A program made the translations under genes and the position numbers. From the NCBI GenBank assembly GCA_947501685.1, contig CANMWQ010000008.1, forward strand, positions 871-64,870: a DNA stretch of 64,000 nucleotides, written 5' to 3'. Shown here one piece after another: positions 16,200 through 25,537 of this stretch. Positions within the stretch are counted from its first letter, which is position 1. Every line of letters begins with the position of its first letter. Source of the stretch: an uncultured Litoreibacter sp. (GTDB taxonomy: Bacteria; Pseudomonadota; Alphaproteobacteria; Rhodobacterales; Rhodobacteraceae). The notes below the pieces were generated by a model that was given only the letters and a program-made list of their open reading frames with translations, was not told the origin of the DNA and made no database searches.

Positions 16200-16983
16200 C
16201 GACTTCCTGATCCGCGCCACGCTGGCAGGCATCGGCGTGGCCCTGGCCGCCGCCCCTCTGGGCTGTTTCGTGGTCTGGCGGCGCATGGCCTATTTCGGAG
16301 ACGCCACGGCCCATGCCGCCGTGCTGGGCGTGGCGCTGTCGCTGGCGCTGTCGATCTCCATTTTCGCGGGCGTTTTGGGCGTGGCACTGGTCATGGCGCT
16401 GCTGGTCTCCGGGCTGAGCAGCAGGGTGCTGGCCATCGACACGATGCTGGGCGTGTTGTCGCATTCGGCACTGGCCTTGGGGTTGGTCGCGGTGTCGCTG
16501 CTGGAGGGCGTGCGGCTGGATCTTATGTCCTACCTTTTTGGCGACATTCTGGCGGTGGGCCGCGTCGATCTGGCGGTGATCTGGGCCGGCTCGCTGATCG
16601 TGTTGGGGCTGATGTTCTGGCGCTGGCAGCCGCTTCTGGCCGCCACGCTGAGCAGCGACATGGCCCATGCCAGCGGCATCAACCCCGCCCGCGAACGGCT
16701 GATCCTGACCGTGGCTTTGGCGGTGACTGTCGCCGTGGCCATAAAAGTGGTGGGCGTCCTGCTGATCGCCGCGATGCTGATCATCCCGGCGGCAGGCGCG
16801 CGGCCTTTGGCGCGCACACCTGAAGGCATGGGCGCGCTGGCCGCGATCATCGGCATTGCGGCGGCGGTGGCGGGGCTGCAAGCCTCCGCGCAGTTTGACA
16901 CCCCGGCGGGGCCGTCCATTGTCTGCGTCGCCGCGCTTATCTTTATGGTGACGCAAGGCCTGAGCGGGATGCGGGGCCGCTAG
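16192..16983 (+). CDS. znuB: Zinc ABC transporter permease
   Basis: LGCFVVWRRMAYFGDATAHA motif; start at ATG 16192. Confidence 0.92.
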   Translation: MLDDFLIRATLAGIGVALAAAPLGCFVVWRRMAYFGDATAHAAVLGVALSLALSISIFAGVLGVALVMALLVSGLSSRVLAIDTMLGVLSHSALALGLVAVSLLEGVRLDLMSYLFGDILAVGRVDLAVIWAGSLIVLGLMFWRWQPLLAATLSSDMAHASGINPARERLILTVALAVTVAVAIKVVGVLLIAAMLIIPAAGARPLARTPEGMGALAAIIGIAAAVAGLQASAQFDTPAGPSIVCVAALIFMVTQGLSGMRGR

Positions 16984-16994
16984 CAGATCAAGGG

Positions 16995-17011
16995 TGCCTC
17001 ATTTTTGGGCA
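16995..17011. promoter_or_regulatory. Candidate NtrC binding site upstream of ureD
   Basis: TGCCTCATTTTTGGGCA (reverse TGCCCAAAAATGAGGCA) fits the TGC.Y-N7-R.GCA NtrC pattern. Confidence 0.6.
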
Positions 17012-17130
17012 GATCGCGCGGCACATGGCAAAAATCCCACACAGTTGCGCCTGCGGGCTTGCCCGTGGCCGCGCGGATTGGTTTCACTTAGCCCAAAGGA
17101 GCTGCCGCCATCACGATACACACCGCCTCT

Positions 17131-17949
17131 TTGACCGGGCCACACGCCGCTGCGCCGCAACGCGCGCGCGGGCGGCTGCACCTGTCGAGCAAACGGCGCG
17201 AAGCGCTGTCGGTGATTGACGGGCTGCATCAGGCGGGCTCCATGCGGCTGATGTTTCCGCGCGGCCCCGGCCCTGAGCTGCGCGCCGTGATGATCAACTG
17301 CGCAGGCGGCATGACCGGGGGCGACCGGTTCGAGCTGGCCGCAGAGGCGGGCCCCGGCACGACGCTGAGCCTGACCACCCAGACGGCGGAGCGCGTCTAT
17401 CGCAGCCCCGACAAAACCGTGGCGCGCATGTCGAGCGTGCTGGAGGTAGGTGATGGGGCGACGCTGCATTGGCTGCCGCAGGAGACGATCCTGTTTGACC
17501 GCTCCCGGCTGGAGCGGCGGCTGGAGGTGAACCTCGCCCCCGACGCCACGTTCCTGATGATCGAGCCGCTGATCTTTGGCCGCCACGCCATGGGCGAGGT
17601 GCTGCAAGAGGGCGCGTTGAAAGACAGTTTGCGCATTCGCCGGGACGGCACCCTGATCCATGCCGACGCCACCCGGCTGGACGGCGCGATTGCGGATATG
17701 CTGGGCCGCGCAGCCATCGCGGGCGGCGCGCATGCGGTGGCCAATCTGGTCTTTGCAGGCCCCGGCGCGGAGGCGCATCTGGACAGCGCCCGCGATCTGA
17801 TCGGGCCGCACGGCGGCGCCAGCCTGAAAGCCCCCGACCTGCTCGTGGCCCGCCTGATTGCGCCGGATGCCAAAGCGCTGCGCGCTGTGGCGATGCCGCT
17901 TCTTGCCGCCCTGAGCGGCACTGACATTCCCCGAACCTGGACCTTGTAG
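17131..17949 (+). CDS. ureD: Urease accessory protein UreD
   Basis: [34 protein letters not shown]. Confidence 0.92.
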   Translation: MTGPHAAAPQRARGRLHLSSKRREALSVIDGLHQAGSMRLMFPRGPGPELRAVMINCAGGMTGGDRFELAAEAGPGTTLSLTTQTAERVYRSPDKTVARMSSVLEVGDGATLHWLPQETILFDRSRLERRLEVNLAPDATFLMIEPLIFGRHAMGEVLQEGALKDSLRIRRDGTLIHADATRLDGAIADMLGRAAIAGGAHAVANLVFAGPGAEAHLDSARDLIGPHGGASLKAPDLLVARLIAPDAKALRAVAMPLLAALSGTDIPRTWTL

Positions 17950-17951
17950 CA

Positions 17952-18254
17952 ATGCAGCTGACCCCGCGTGAAAAAGACAAACTTCTGATCTCCATGGCCG
18001 CCGAGGTGGCCCGCAAACGGCTGGCGCGCGGCGTCAAGCTGAACCACCCCGAAGCCATCGCGCTGATCACCGACGCGGTGGTGGAGGGCGCACGCGACGG
18101 GCGCAGCGTGGCCGAGATGATGGAGGCAGGCGCCCGCGTGGTGACGCGCGCGCAATGCATGGAAGGCGTGGCCGAGATGATCCATGACGTCCAAGTCGAG
18201 GCGACCTTCCCGGACGGCACCAAACTGGTGACAGTGCATGACCCGATCCGGTGA
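17952..18254 (+). CDS. ureA: Urease gamma subunit
   Basis: [12 protein letters not shown]...[17 protein letters not shown]. Confidence 0.97.
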   Translation: MQLTPREKDKLLISMAAEVARKRLARGVKLNHPEAIALITDAVVEGARDGRSVAEMMEAGARVVTRAQCMEGVAEMIHDVQVEATFPDGTKLVTVHDPIR

Positions 18255-18259
18255 GCCAT

Positions 18260-18282
18260 GAGTATTTTTGAAGCAGTGATGG
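18260..18282 (+). repeat. REP-tail remnant between ureA and ureB
   Basis: GAGTATTTTTGAAGCAGTGATGG, 22/23 identical to 20658-20680. Confidence 0.65.
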
Positions 18283-18295
18283 AGGATGTCGCGCG

Positions 18296-18601
18296 ATGAT
18301 CCCAGGTGAGATTTTCCCGGCAGAGGGCGATTTGGAGCTGAACGCAGGCGCGGAGGTTTTGGTGCTCGACGTGGCCAATACCGGCGACCGGCCCGTGCAA
18401 GTGGGCTCGCATTATCATTTTGCCGAAGCGAATGCCGCGCTGGAGTTTGACCGAGATGCGGCGCGCGGGATGCGCTTGGACATTGCCGCCGGGACCGCCG
18501 TGCGGTTTGAGCCGGGACAGGCGCGAGAGGTGTCGCTGATTGCCATATCAGGCGCGCGGCGGGTGTTTGGGTTTAATCAAGACGTGATGGGGGCGTTGTA
18601 G
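18296..18601 (+). CDS. ureB: Urease beta subunit
   Basis: MIPGE...[19 protein letters not shown]...GTAVRFEPG. Confidence 0.97.
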   Translation: MIPGEIFPAEGDLELNAGAEVLVLDVANTGDRPVQVGSHYHFAEANAALEFDRDAARGMRLDIAAGTAVRFEPGQAREVSLIAISGARRVFGFNQDVMGAL

Positions 18602-18602
18602 G

Positions 18603-18854
18603 ATGTTACTTCGACTTCGGCCAAATCCTGACGAGTTCATCCAAGAGCTTGGCCGCAATCAGCCTGATAACCTCGATACAAATTCGCGCAATGATTTCGA
18701 TTGGATCCATACAAAATCTCCAGCTCTGTTTTTCTTTTGTTCTACTCTACCCGCTGGCTTAAAGAGAAAGATTGTCGCGAGCAATCTGGATAAGTTGTGG
18801 ATTAATTGGGGGTTTTTCTCCCGCTATGCGGAGGAAAAAACCCATGCCTGCTAG
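18603..18854 (+). CDS. Hypothetical 83-aa AT-rich ORF between ureB and ureC
   Basis: Starts 2 nt after ureB stop, overlaps ureC start by 11 nt; no recognisable family. Confidence 0.4.
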   Translation: MLLRLRPNPDEFIQELGRNQPDNLDTNSRNDFDWIHTKSPALFFFCSTLPAGLKRKIVASNLDKLWINWGFFSRYAEEKTHAC

Positions 18855-20565
18855 CATATCCAGAGCCGATTACGCCGCGATGTTTGGCCCGACCACCGGC
18901 GACAAGGTCAGGCTGGCCGATACCGATCTGATCATTGAGGTGGAGCGCGACCTGATTGCGGAGCGTGGAGGCTACGGCGAGGAGGTCAAGTTTGGCGGCG
19001 GCAAGGTGATCCGGGACGGGATGGGGCAGTCTCAGGTGACGCGGGCGCGGGGCGCGGTGGACACGGTGATCACCAACGCGCTGATCGTGGATCATAGCGG
19101 GATTTACAAGGCAGACATTGGCTTGCGCGGCGGGCGGATTGAGAAGATCGGCAAGGCGGGCAACCCCGACACGCAACCCGGCGTGGATATCGTGGTAGGC
19201 CCCGGCACGGAAGCCATTGCCGCCGAAGGGCGCATTGTCACGGCAGGCGGGTTTGACAGCCATATCCACTTTATTTGCCCCCAGCAGATCGAGGACGCGC
19301 TGCATTCAGGCGTGACCACCATGCTGGGCGGCGGCACGGGGCCCGCGCATGGGACGCTGGCCACGACATGCACTCCGGGGCCGTGGCATATCGGGCGGAT
19401 GATGCAGGCGGTGGACGGCGTGCCGATGAATATAGGCTTTGCTGGCAAGGGCAACGCGTCCCTGCCCGATGCGCTGGTCGACCAGGTCAAAGGCGGGGCC
19501 TGCGCGATGAAGCTGCATGAGGATTGGGGCACGACGCCCGGTGCCATTGATTGCTGCCTCAGCGTGGCCGATGACATGGATGTGCAGGTGATGATCCACA
19601 CCGATACGCTCAACGAGAGCGGCTTTGTGGAAAACACAGTCGCTGCCATGAAGGGGCGCACGATACATGCGTTTCACACCGAAGGCGCGGGCGGCGGGCA
19701 TGCGCCGGATATCATCAAGATTTGTGGCGATCCGAATGTGCTGCCCTCCTCGACCAACCCGACGCGGCCCTACACGGTGAACACGCTGGAAGAGCATCTC
19801 GATATGCTGATGGTGTGCCACCATCTCGACAAGTCGATCCCGGAGGATGTGGCTTTTGCTGAATCGCGTATTCGGCGGGAGACCATTGCGGCGGAGGATA
19901 TCTTGCATGACATGGGGGCGTTCTCGATCATTGCCTCCGACAGCCAGGCCATGGGGCGGGTGGGCGAGGTGCTGATCCGCACCTGGCAGACCGCCGACAA
20001 GATGAAGAAACAGCGCGGGCGGCTGTCTGAGGAGCAGGGCGAGAACGACAATTTTCGGGTACGGCGCTATATTGCGAAATACACGATCAACCCCGCGATT
20101 GCGCATGGGGTCTCGCGGCATGTGGGCTCGATTGAGGTGGGCAAGCGGGCGGATCTGGTGCTGTGGACCCCCGCGTTTTTCGGGGTGAAGCCGGAGATGG
20201 TGCTGATGGCGGGTTCGATTGTCTGTGCGCAGATGGGGGACCCCAATGCGTCGATCCCGACGCCGCAGCCGGTTTATACAAGACCGATGTTTGGCGCGAT
20301 GGGCAAGGCCGTGGAGCGTTCTGCGGTGGTATTTACCTCGGACGCCGCCATGCAGGACGATCTGCGCGGCAGGCTCGGGCTGGCCAAGGACTGCGTGCCA
20401 GTTGAAAACACGCGCGGGATTGGCAAAAAGGACCTTCGGTTGAACGACGCGCTGCCAGTGGTGGAGGTGAACCCGGAGACCTATGAGGTGCGCGCGGATG
20501 GAGAATTGCTGACCTGCGAGCCCGCGCAGGAGCTGCCGATGGCGCAGCGGTATTTCCTGTTTTAG
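18844..20565 (+). CDS. ureC: Urease alpha subunit
   Basis: [39 protein letters not shown]; start MPASISR at 18844. Confidence 0.98.
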   Translation: MPASISRADYAAMFGPTTGDKVRLADTDLIIEVERDLIAERGGYGEEVKFGGGKVIRDGMGQSQVTRARGAVDTVITNALIVDHSGIYKADIGLRGGRIEKIGKAGNPDTQPGVDIVVGPGTEAIAAEGRIVTAGGFDSHIHFICPQQIEDALHSGVTTMLGGGTGPAHGTLATTCTPGPWHIGRMMQAVDGVPMNIGFAGKGNASLPDALVDQVKGGACAMKLHEDWGTTPGAIDCCLSVADDMDVQVMIHTDTLNESGFVENTVAAMKGRTIHAFHTEGAGGGHAPDIIKICGDPNVLPSSTNPTRPYTVNTLEEHLDMLMVCHHLDKSIPEDVAFAESRIRRETIAAEDILHDMGAFSIIASDSQAMGRVGEVLIRTWQTADKMKKQRGRLSEEQGENDNFRVRRYIAKYTINPAIAHGVSRHVGSIEVGKRADLVLWTPAFFGVKPEMVLMAGSIVCAQMGDPNASIPTPQPVYTRPMFGAMGKAVERSAVVFTSDAAMQDDLRGRLGLAKDCVPVENTRGIGKKDLRLNDALPVVEVNPETYEVRADGELLTCEPAQELPMAQRYFLF

Positions 20566-20600
20566 GGGTCGATATGGGGCTGCACCCGTGCCGACCGGTT

Positions 20601-20680
20601 GGGGGCTCTGCCCCCAAACCCGAGGCGCTTCATGGGGGCTCTGCCCCCAAACCCCCGGAGTATTTTTGAAGCAATGATGG
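20601..20680 (+). repeat. REP doublet GGGGGCTCTGCCCCCAAACCC plus AT-rich tail
   Basis: Identical 21-mers at 20601 and 20634 followed by GGAGTATTTTTGAAGC. Confidence 0.8.
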
Positions 20681-20721
20681 GGGTGGCCCGTTACTGTGGA
20701 GATGTTGAATAAGGAGCTTCT

Positions 20722-21906
20722 ATGCCGATACGGAACCGATTTGCCGAGTTGCATCCCGAGATCGCCGCGTGGCGGCGGGATTTTCATGCCCATCCTGAGC
20801 TGCTCTATGACACAGAGCGGACCTCGGGCATTGTGGCGGAGAAGCTGCACGGGTTTGGCTGTGACGCGGTCGTCGAGGGGCTGGGGCGCACGGGTGTCGT
20901 GGGGGTGATCCACGGGAAGGGCGGCGCAGGTGGCAAAGTGATTGCGCTGCGCGCAGATATGGATGCGCTGCCGATTTTGGAGGCGACGGGGGCAGCACAT
21001 GCCTCGAAGACGCGAGGCTTGATGCATGCCTGCGGCCATGACGGGCATACCGCCATGCTGCTGGGGGCCGCGCAATATCTGGCGGAGACGCGCAATTTTG
21101 AGGGCAGCGTCGCGGTGGTGTTTCAGCCTGCCGAGGAGGGCGGCGCAGGCGCGGAAGCGATGGTGCAGGACGGGTTGATTGAACAGTTCGGCATCTCGGA
21201 AATTTACGGCATGCATAACTCGCCCGTGGTGCCTCTGGGTGAATTTGCGATCCGGTCTGGGCCGTTCTATGCGGCCTGCGACAGCTTCACCATCAAGATA
21301 CGCGGGCGGGGCGGTCATGCGGCACGGCCCAACCAGACGGTGGACACCACGCTGGCGGGATCGGCGGTGGTGATGGCGCTGCAATCCATCGTGTCGCGCA
21401 ACGCTGATCCGCAGCAGCCGCTGGTGGTCTCCGTGACCTCGTTTCGCACCGAAAGCGACGCCTATAACGTGATCCCCGAACATGCCGAGCTGCGCGGCAC
21501 CTTGCGCAGTTTTGACGAAGAGCTGCGCCAGACCGCGCTGAACCGCATCACCGATATTGCGCGGTTAACGGCGGAGAGCTATGGCGCTGAGGCGGAGGTG
21601 ATTGGCGACGAGATCCCCTACCCCTCCATGTCGAACCATGCGGACGAAACCGCGCATTGCGTGGCGGCGGCCAGCGCCGTGGCGGGCGGGACCCGTGTCA
21701 ACCCAGAGGCGCCGCGCGTCACAGGGGGCGAGGATTTTGCCTATATGCTGCAGGCCTGCCCCGGCGCCTATATCCAGCTGGGCGTCAAGACCGAGGGCGG
21801 CAAGAACCACGGGCTGCACCACCCCGAATATGACTTCAATGACGAGGTGATCCCGCTGGGATGCTCTTACTGGGTGACGCTGGCCGAACAAAGGCTGGCG
21901 GGTTAG
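20722..21906 (+). CDS. M20 family amidohydrolase (hippurate hydrolase-like)
   Basis: RADMDALP, MHACGHDGH, FQPAEEG, GEDF, LHHPEYDFND. Confidence 0.92.
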   Translation: MPIRNRFAELHPEIAAWRRDFHAHPELLYDTERTSGIVAEKLHGFGCDAVVEGLGRTGVVGVIHGKGGAGGKVIALRADMDALPILEATGAAHASKTRGLMHACGHDGHTAMLLGAAQYLAETRNFEGSVAVVFQPAEEGGAGAEAMVQDGLIEQFGISEIYGMHNSPVVPLGEFAIRSGPFYAACDSFTIKIRGRGGHAARPNQTVDTTLAGSAVVMALQSIVSRNADPQQPLVVSVTSFRTESDAYNVIPEHAELRGTLRSFDEELRQTALNRITDIARLTAESYGAEAEVIGDEIPYPSMSNHADETAHCVAAASAVAGGTRVNPEAPRVTGGEDFAYMLQACPGAYIQLGVKTEGGKNHGLHHPEYDFNDEVIPLGCSYWVTLAEQRLAG

Positions 21907-22338
21907 ATGCAGGTGGCCTCCAAGATTGTGAAAGGCCGGGCGGAGGCCCGCTGCACGCTGAGCTATGAGGACCGGTTCCTGCGGCGCAAAGTGTTGAGCA
22001 CCGATGCGGGCGAGAGCTTTCTGGTGGATTTGCCGCAGACGGCTTCCCTCGATCAGGGCGATTGCTTTGAGCTGGAGGACGGCACGCGCATCGAAGTGGT
22101 GGCGGCGCAAGAGGCGCTGCTGGAGATCACCGCGCCCAACTTGCTGCCGCTGGTCTGGCATATCGGCAACCGCCATTGCCCCGCCCAGATCGAGGCCAAC
22201 CGCGTGCTGGTCCAGCCCGACCATGTGATCCGCGACCTGATGGAGCGGCTGGGGGCCTCAGTGCGCGAGGTGACGGCCCCCTTCACCCCTGAAGGCGGCG
22301 CTTACGGGCATGGGCGGACGCATGGGCATAGCCACTGA
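21907..22338 (+). CDS. ureE: Urease accessory protein UreE
   Basis: WHIGNRH, F.PEGGAYGHGRTHGHSH. Confidence 0.93.
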   Translation: MQVASKIVKGRAEARCTLSYEDRFLRRKVLSTDAGESFLVDLPQTASLDQGDCFELEDGTRIEVVAAQEALLEITAPNLLPLVWHIGNRHCPAQIEANRVLVQPDHVIRDLMERLGASVREVTAPFTPEGGAYGHGRTHGHSH

Positions 22339-22339
22339 G

Positions 22340-22969
22340 ATGGAACCCACCGCAGAGCAGCTGATGATGCTGACGCAATGGCTGTCCCCGGCCTTTCCCA
22401 TTGGGGCGTTCAGCTACAGCCACGGGCTGGAGCAGGCTCTGGACACAGAGCCGGAGCTGACTATCGAGGACTGGTTGGCCGATTGCCTGCGCCATGGCGC
22501 GGGGCGCAACGATGCGATCTTGATCCGCGCGGGCTTTGCCGCGCAGGCGGAGGAGGCAGACGCGCTGGGCCGGGCACATGCGCCGTCCCGCGAGCGGGCG
22601 CTGGAAAGCGCGGAGCAAGGTGCGGCCTTTGCCAGAATTTTGCGGCAGGCCTTCGGGATGGACGTGCCGGATTATATCTACCCCGTGGCGCTGGGCCACG
22701 CGGCGCGGGTACAAGAGCTGCCGCTTGAGCCGGTGGTGCTGCTCTATCTGCACGCTTTTGCTAGCAATCTGACCAGCGCCGCGCAGCGGCTGTCGCCCTT
22801 GGGGCAATCGCGCGCACAAGAGATCGTGCGGCGGCTGGGCGCGACATGCAAAGAGGTGGCTGACCAGACGCGCGGCGCGGGGCTGGATGATATCGGCGGG
22901 GCGGCCTGGGGGGCGGATGTAGCCTCCATGCGGCACGAAACGCTTGGGACAAGGATATTTCGGACATGA
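22340..22969 (+). CDS. ureF: Urease accessory protein UreF
   Basis: [23 protein letters not shown]....RIFRT. Confidence 0.93.
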   Translation: MEPTAEQLMMLTQWLSPAFPIGAFSYSHGLEQALDTEPELTIEDWLADCLRHGAGRNDAILIRAGFAAQAEEADALGRAHAPSRERALESAEQGAAFARILRQAFGMDVPDYIYPVALGHAARVQELPLEPVVLLYLHAFASNLTSAAQRLSPLGQSRAQEIVRRLGATCKEVADQTRGAGLDDIGGAAWGADVASMRHETLGTRIFRT

Positions 22970-23586
22970 CAAAAACGATGAACGGGCCATTGCGTATTGG
23001 CATAGGCGGGCCGGTGGGTGCGGGCAAAACCACGCTGACCGCCGCCCTGTGCAATGCTTTACGCGACACGCATTCCATCGCGGTGGTGACCAATGACATC
23101 TACACCCAAGAGGACGCGGAGGCGCTGGTGCGCATGCAGGCCCTGCCCTCGGACCGGATCAGGGGCGTGGAGACCGGCGGCTGCCCGCATACGGCGATCC
23201 GCGAGGATGCCTCGATCAATCTGGCGGCGATTGACGCGCTGCAAAAGGATTTTCCCGACCTCGACGCGGTGATTATTGAAAGCGGCGGCGACAATCTCAG
23301 TGCGACCTTCTCGCCGGAGCTGGCGGATATGACGCTCTATGTGATTGACGTGGCCGCCGGAGAGGAGATCCCGCGCAAAGGCGGCCCCGCGCTGACGCGC
23401 TCAGATGTGCTGGTGATCAACAAGACCGACCTCGCCCCGCATGTGGGCGCGTCACTGGAGGTCATGGCGCGGGACGCGGCCCAGCAACGCGGCGCCCGCC
23501 CGGTGGTCTTTGCCCAGTTGCGCCACGGCGCGGGGGTGGAGGCGGTGCTGGAGCATATCCGCGCCATTGGGGGCCTATCGCCATGA
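22966..23586 (+). CDS. ureG: Urease accessory GTPase UreG
   Basis: [27 protein letters not shown]. Confidence 0.97.
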   Translation: MTKTMNGPLRIGIGGPVGAGKTTLTAALCNALRDTHSIAVVTNDIYTQEDAEALVRMQALPSDRIRGVETGGCPHTAIREDASINLAAIDALQKDFPDLDAVIIESGGDNLSATFSPELADMTLYVIDVAAGEEIPRKGGPALTRSDVLVINKTDLAPHVGASLEVMARDAAQQRGARPVVFAQLRHGAGVEAVLEHIRAIGGLSP

Positions 23587-23636
23587 GGCTTGCGTAGTGC
23601 CCGCCCCTGCGACAGGGTGAGCGCAGGGAGAGCATC

Positions 23637-24659
23637 ATGCAAATTCTTGAAAACCCATTCCGCAGCGCCGCGGCCACAATAGAGCTGCCAGACGGCGTGC
23701 CTTTTCCCAGCGCCGACATGGCCGCCGCGCGGTCGTTGCTCGCGCGCTGCCCGGAGGCGGGCGTGACCCCTTTGCGACAGGTCGAGGGGCTGGCCCGCGT
23801 GTCGCAGGTTCATGTCAAGGACGAGCGCGACCGGATGGGGCTGGGCAGTTTCAAAGCGCTCGGCGCGGCTTACGTGATTGCCCGCGACGCCGCCGCCGGG
23901 CAGGCGCAAGGGCGCACCTATGTGACGGCCAGCGCAGGAAATCACGGGCTGTCGGTTGCCGCCGGGGCCAAGGTCTTCGGCGCGCAGGCGGTGATCTATA
24001 TTGCCAACTCCGTGCCCGGCAGCTTTGCAGAGCGCTTGCAGAATTTGGGCGCGGAGGTCCGCCGCAAGGGCGAGACTTACGAGGAAAGCATGGAGGCTGC
24101 TGCTGCCGCCGCCGAGGAGCATGGCTGGCACCTGCTGTCGGACAGCTCCTGGGAGGGCTACACGGAGCCGCCTTTCCGCGTCATGGAAGGGTATCTGGCC
24201 CTGATGGACGAGGTGTTTGACCAGATGAGCGTCCCCGCCACCCATGTCTTTTTGCAAGCCGGTGTGGGCGGATTTGCCGGTGCCTGCGCCGCTGCCATCC
24301 GCGCGGTCTGGGGTGAGGATCCGATTATTGTGGTTGTTGAGCCCAGCGCGGCCCCGGCCCTGATGGGCTCCATTCAGGCGGGGCGTGTGGTCAAGGCGGA
24401 CGGGCCCGTGTCCAACATGGGGCGACTGGATTGCAAGGAGCCGTCGCTGATTGCCCTCAAAGGGCTGGCCCGCGACGCGGATTGGTTCTGCACCCTCACC
24501 GACGCCGAGGCGCGCAAGCTGACCGGGGCGCTGTCGCGGTTCGAGCTGGCCACCTCCCCCTCCGGCGGGGCGGGGCTGGCCGCACTCATGGCCGATGACC
24601 GGGCCTTTGGTTTGACCCAAAACGCGCGCGTTTTATGCGTTTTGAGCGAGGGCGCGTGA
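23637..24659 (+). CDS. PLP-dependent enzyme, diaminopropionate ammonia-lyase-like
   Basis: ERDRMGLGSFKALG (PLP Lys), ASAGNHG, LQAGVGG, M.RLDCKEPS. Confidence 0.8.
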   Translation: MQILENPFRSAAATIELPDGVPFPSADMAAARSLLARCPEAGVTPLRQVEGLARVSQVHVKDERDRMGLGSFKALGAAYVIARDAAAGQAQGRTYVTASAGNHGLSVAAGAKVFGAQAVIYIANSVPGSFAERLQNLGAEVRRKGETYEESMEAAAAAAEEHGWHLLSDSSWEGYTEPPFRVMEGYLALMDEVFDQMSVPATHVFLQAGVGGFAGACAAAIRAVWGEDPIIVVVEPSAAPALMGSIQAGRVVKADGPVSNMGRLDCKEPSLIALKGLARDADWFCTLTDAEARKLTGALSRFELATSPSGGAGLAALMADDRAFGLTQNARVLCVLSEGA

Positions 24660-25393
24660 GCGCGTTTGACTACAGTCTGGAGGCCCTGCCGCAAAAGACG
24701 CTCGGGCTGGTGGTGCTGCAATCGGACGAAACGATAGAGCAGGATTTTCGCCATGTCTTGCCGCGAGACACCGCCCTGCATGTCACCCGCGTGCCCAGCG
24801 GGTTGGAGGTGAGCCCGGACAGCCTGCAAGCGATGGAACACGCCCTGCCCGCCGCCGCCGGGCTGCTGCCGCGTGGTTTGGCGTTTGATGTGGTGGGTTA
24901 TGGCTGCACCTCTGGCACCGCGCAGATCGGGGCCGCGCGCATCGCCGAGCTGGTGCGCGACGGCGTAGACGCGGCGCATGTCACAGAGCCCGTCTCCGCC
25001 CTGATTGCTGCCTGTCGCCATCTCGGCGTCACCCGGCTGGCCATGCTGTCGCCCTATGTGGCGGAGGTCTCCGCCCGGCTGCGGGACGTGTTGCAAGACG
25101 CGGGCATCGCCACGCCCGTCTTTGGCTCCTTTGAGGAGGCCGAGGAGCAGAAAGTCGTGCGCATCGACGCGGCTTCCGTGCAGCGCGCCGCGATTGAGCT
25201 GGCGGGCCAAGGCGGGGTGGACGGCATTTTCCTGTCTTGCACCAATTTGCGGACCTTCCCCTCCATCGCGCCGCTGGAGGCGGCGACCGGCCTGCCGGTG
25301 CTGTCGAGCAATCAGGTCCTGATCTGGGATATGCTGCAAAAGGCGGGTGCAGCGCTTGACGCTACGGGACCCGGAAAACTGCTTCAAATCTAG
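24656..25393 (+). CDS. Asp/Glu racemase / maleate isomerase family protein
   Basis: YGCTSG and LSCTNL catalytic Cys motifs, SPYV, VLSSNQ; GTG start overlaps upstream stop. Confidence 0.85.
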   Translation: MSAFDYSLEALPQKTLGLVVLQSDETIEQDFRHVLPRDTALHVTRVPSGLEVSPDSLQAMEHALPAAAGLLPRGLAFDVVGYGCTSGTAQIGAARIAELVRDGVDAAHVTEPVSALIAACRHLGVTRLAMLSPYVAEVSARLRDVLQDAGIATPVFGSFEEAEEQKVVRIDAASVQRAAIELAGQGGVDGIFLSCTNLRTFPSIAPLEAATGLPVLSSNQVLIWDMLQKAGAALDATGPGKLLQI

Positions 25394-25537
25394 GCCGGAC
25401 AGGTGACTGCACCGCGGGTCGCGCTACATAAAAACGTGATGCGGAACTTTGTCCCCAGATAGGTGTTTGTGCCTGTAGCCCGCGACGCGCAGATTGGGAC
25501 TGTGGCGAGGCGAATCGAGCCCTCGTGATGAAAGGCA

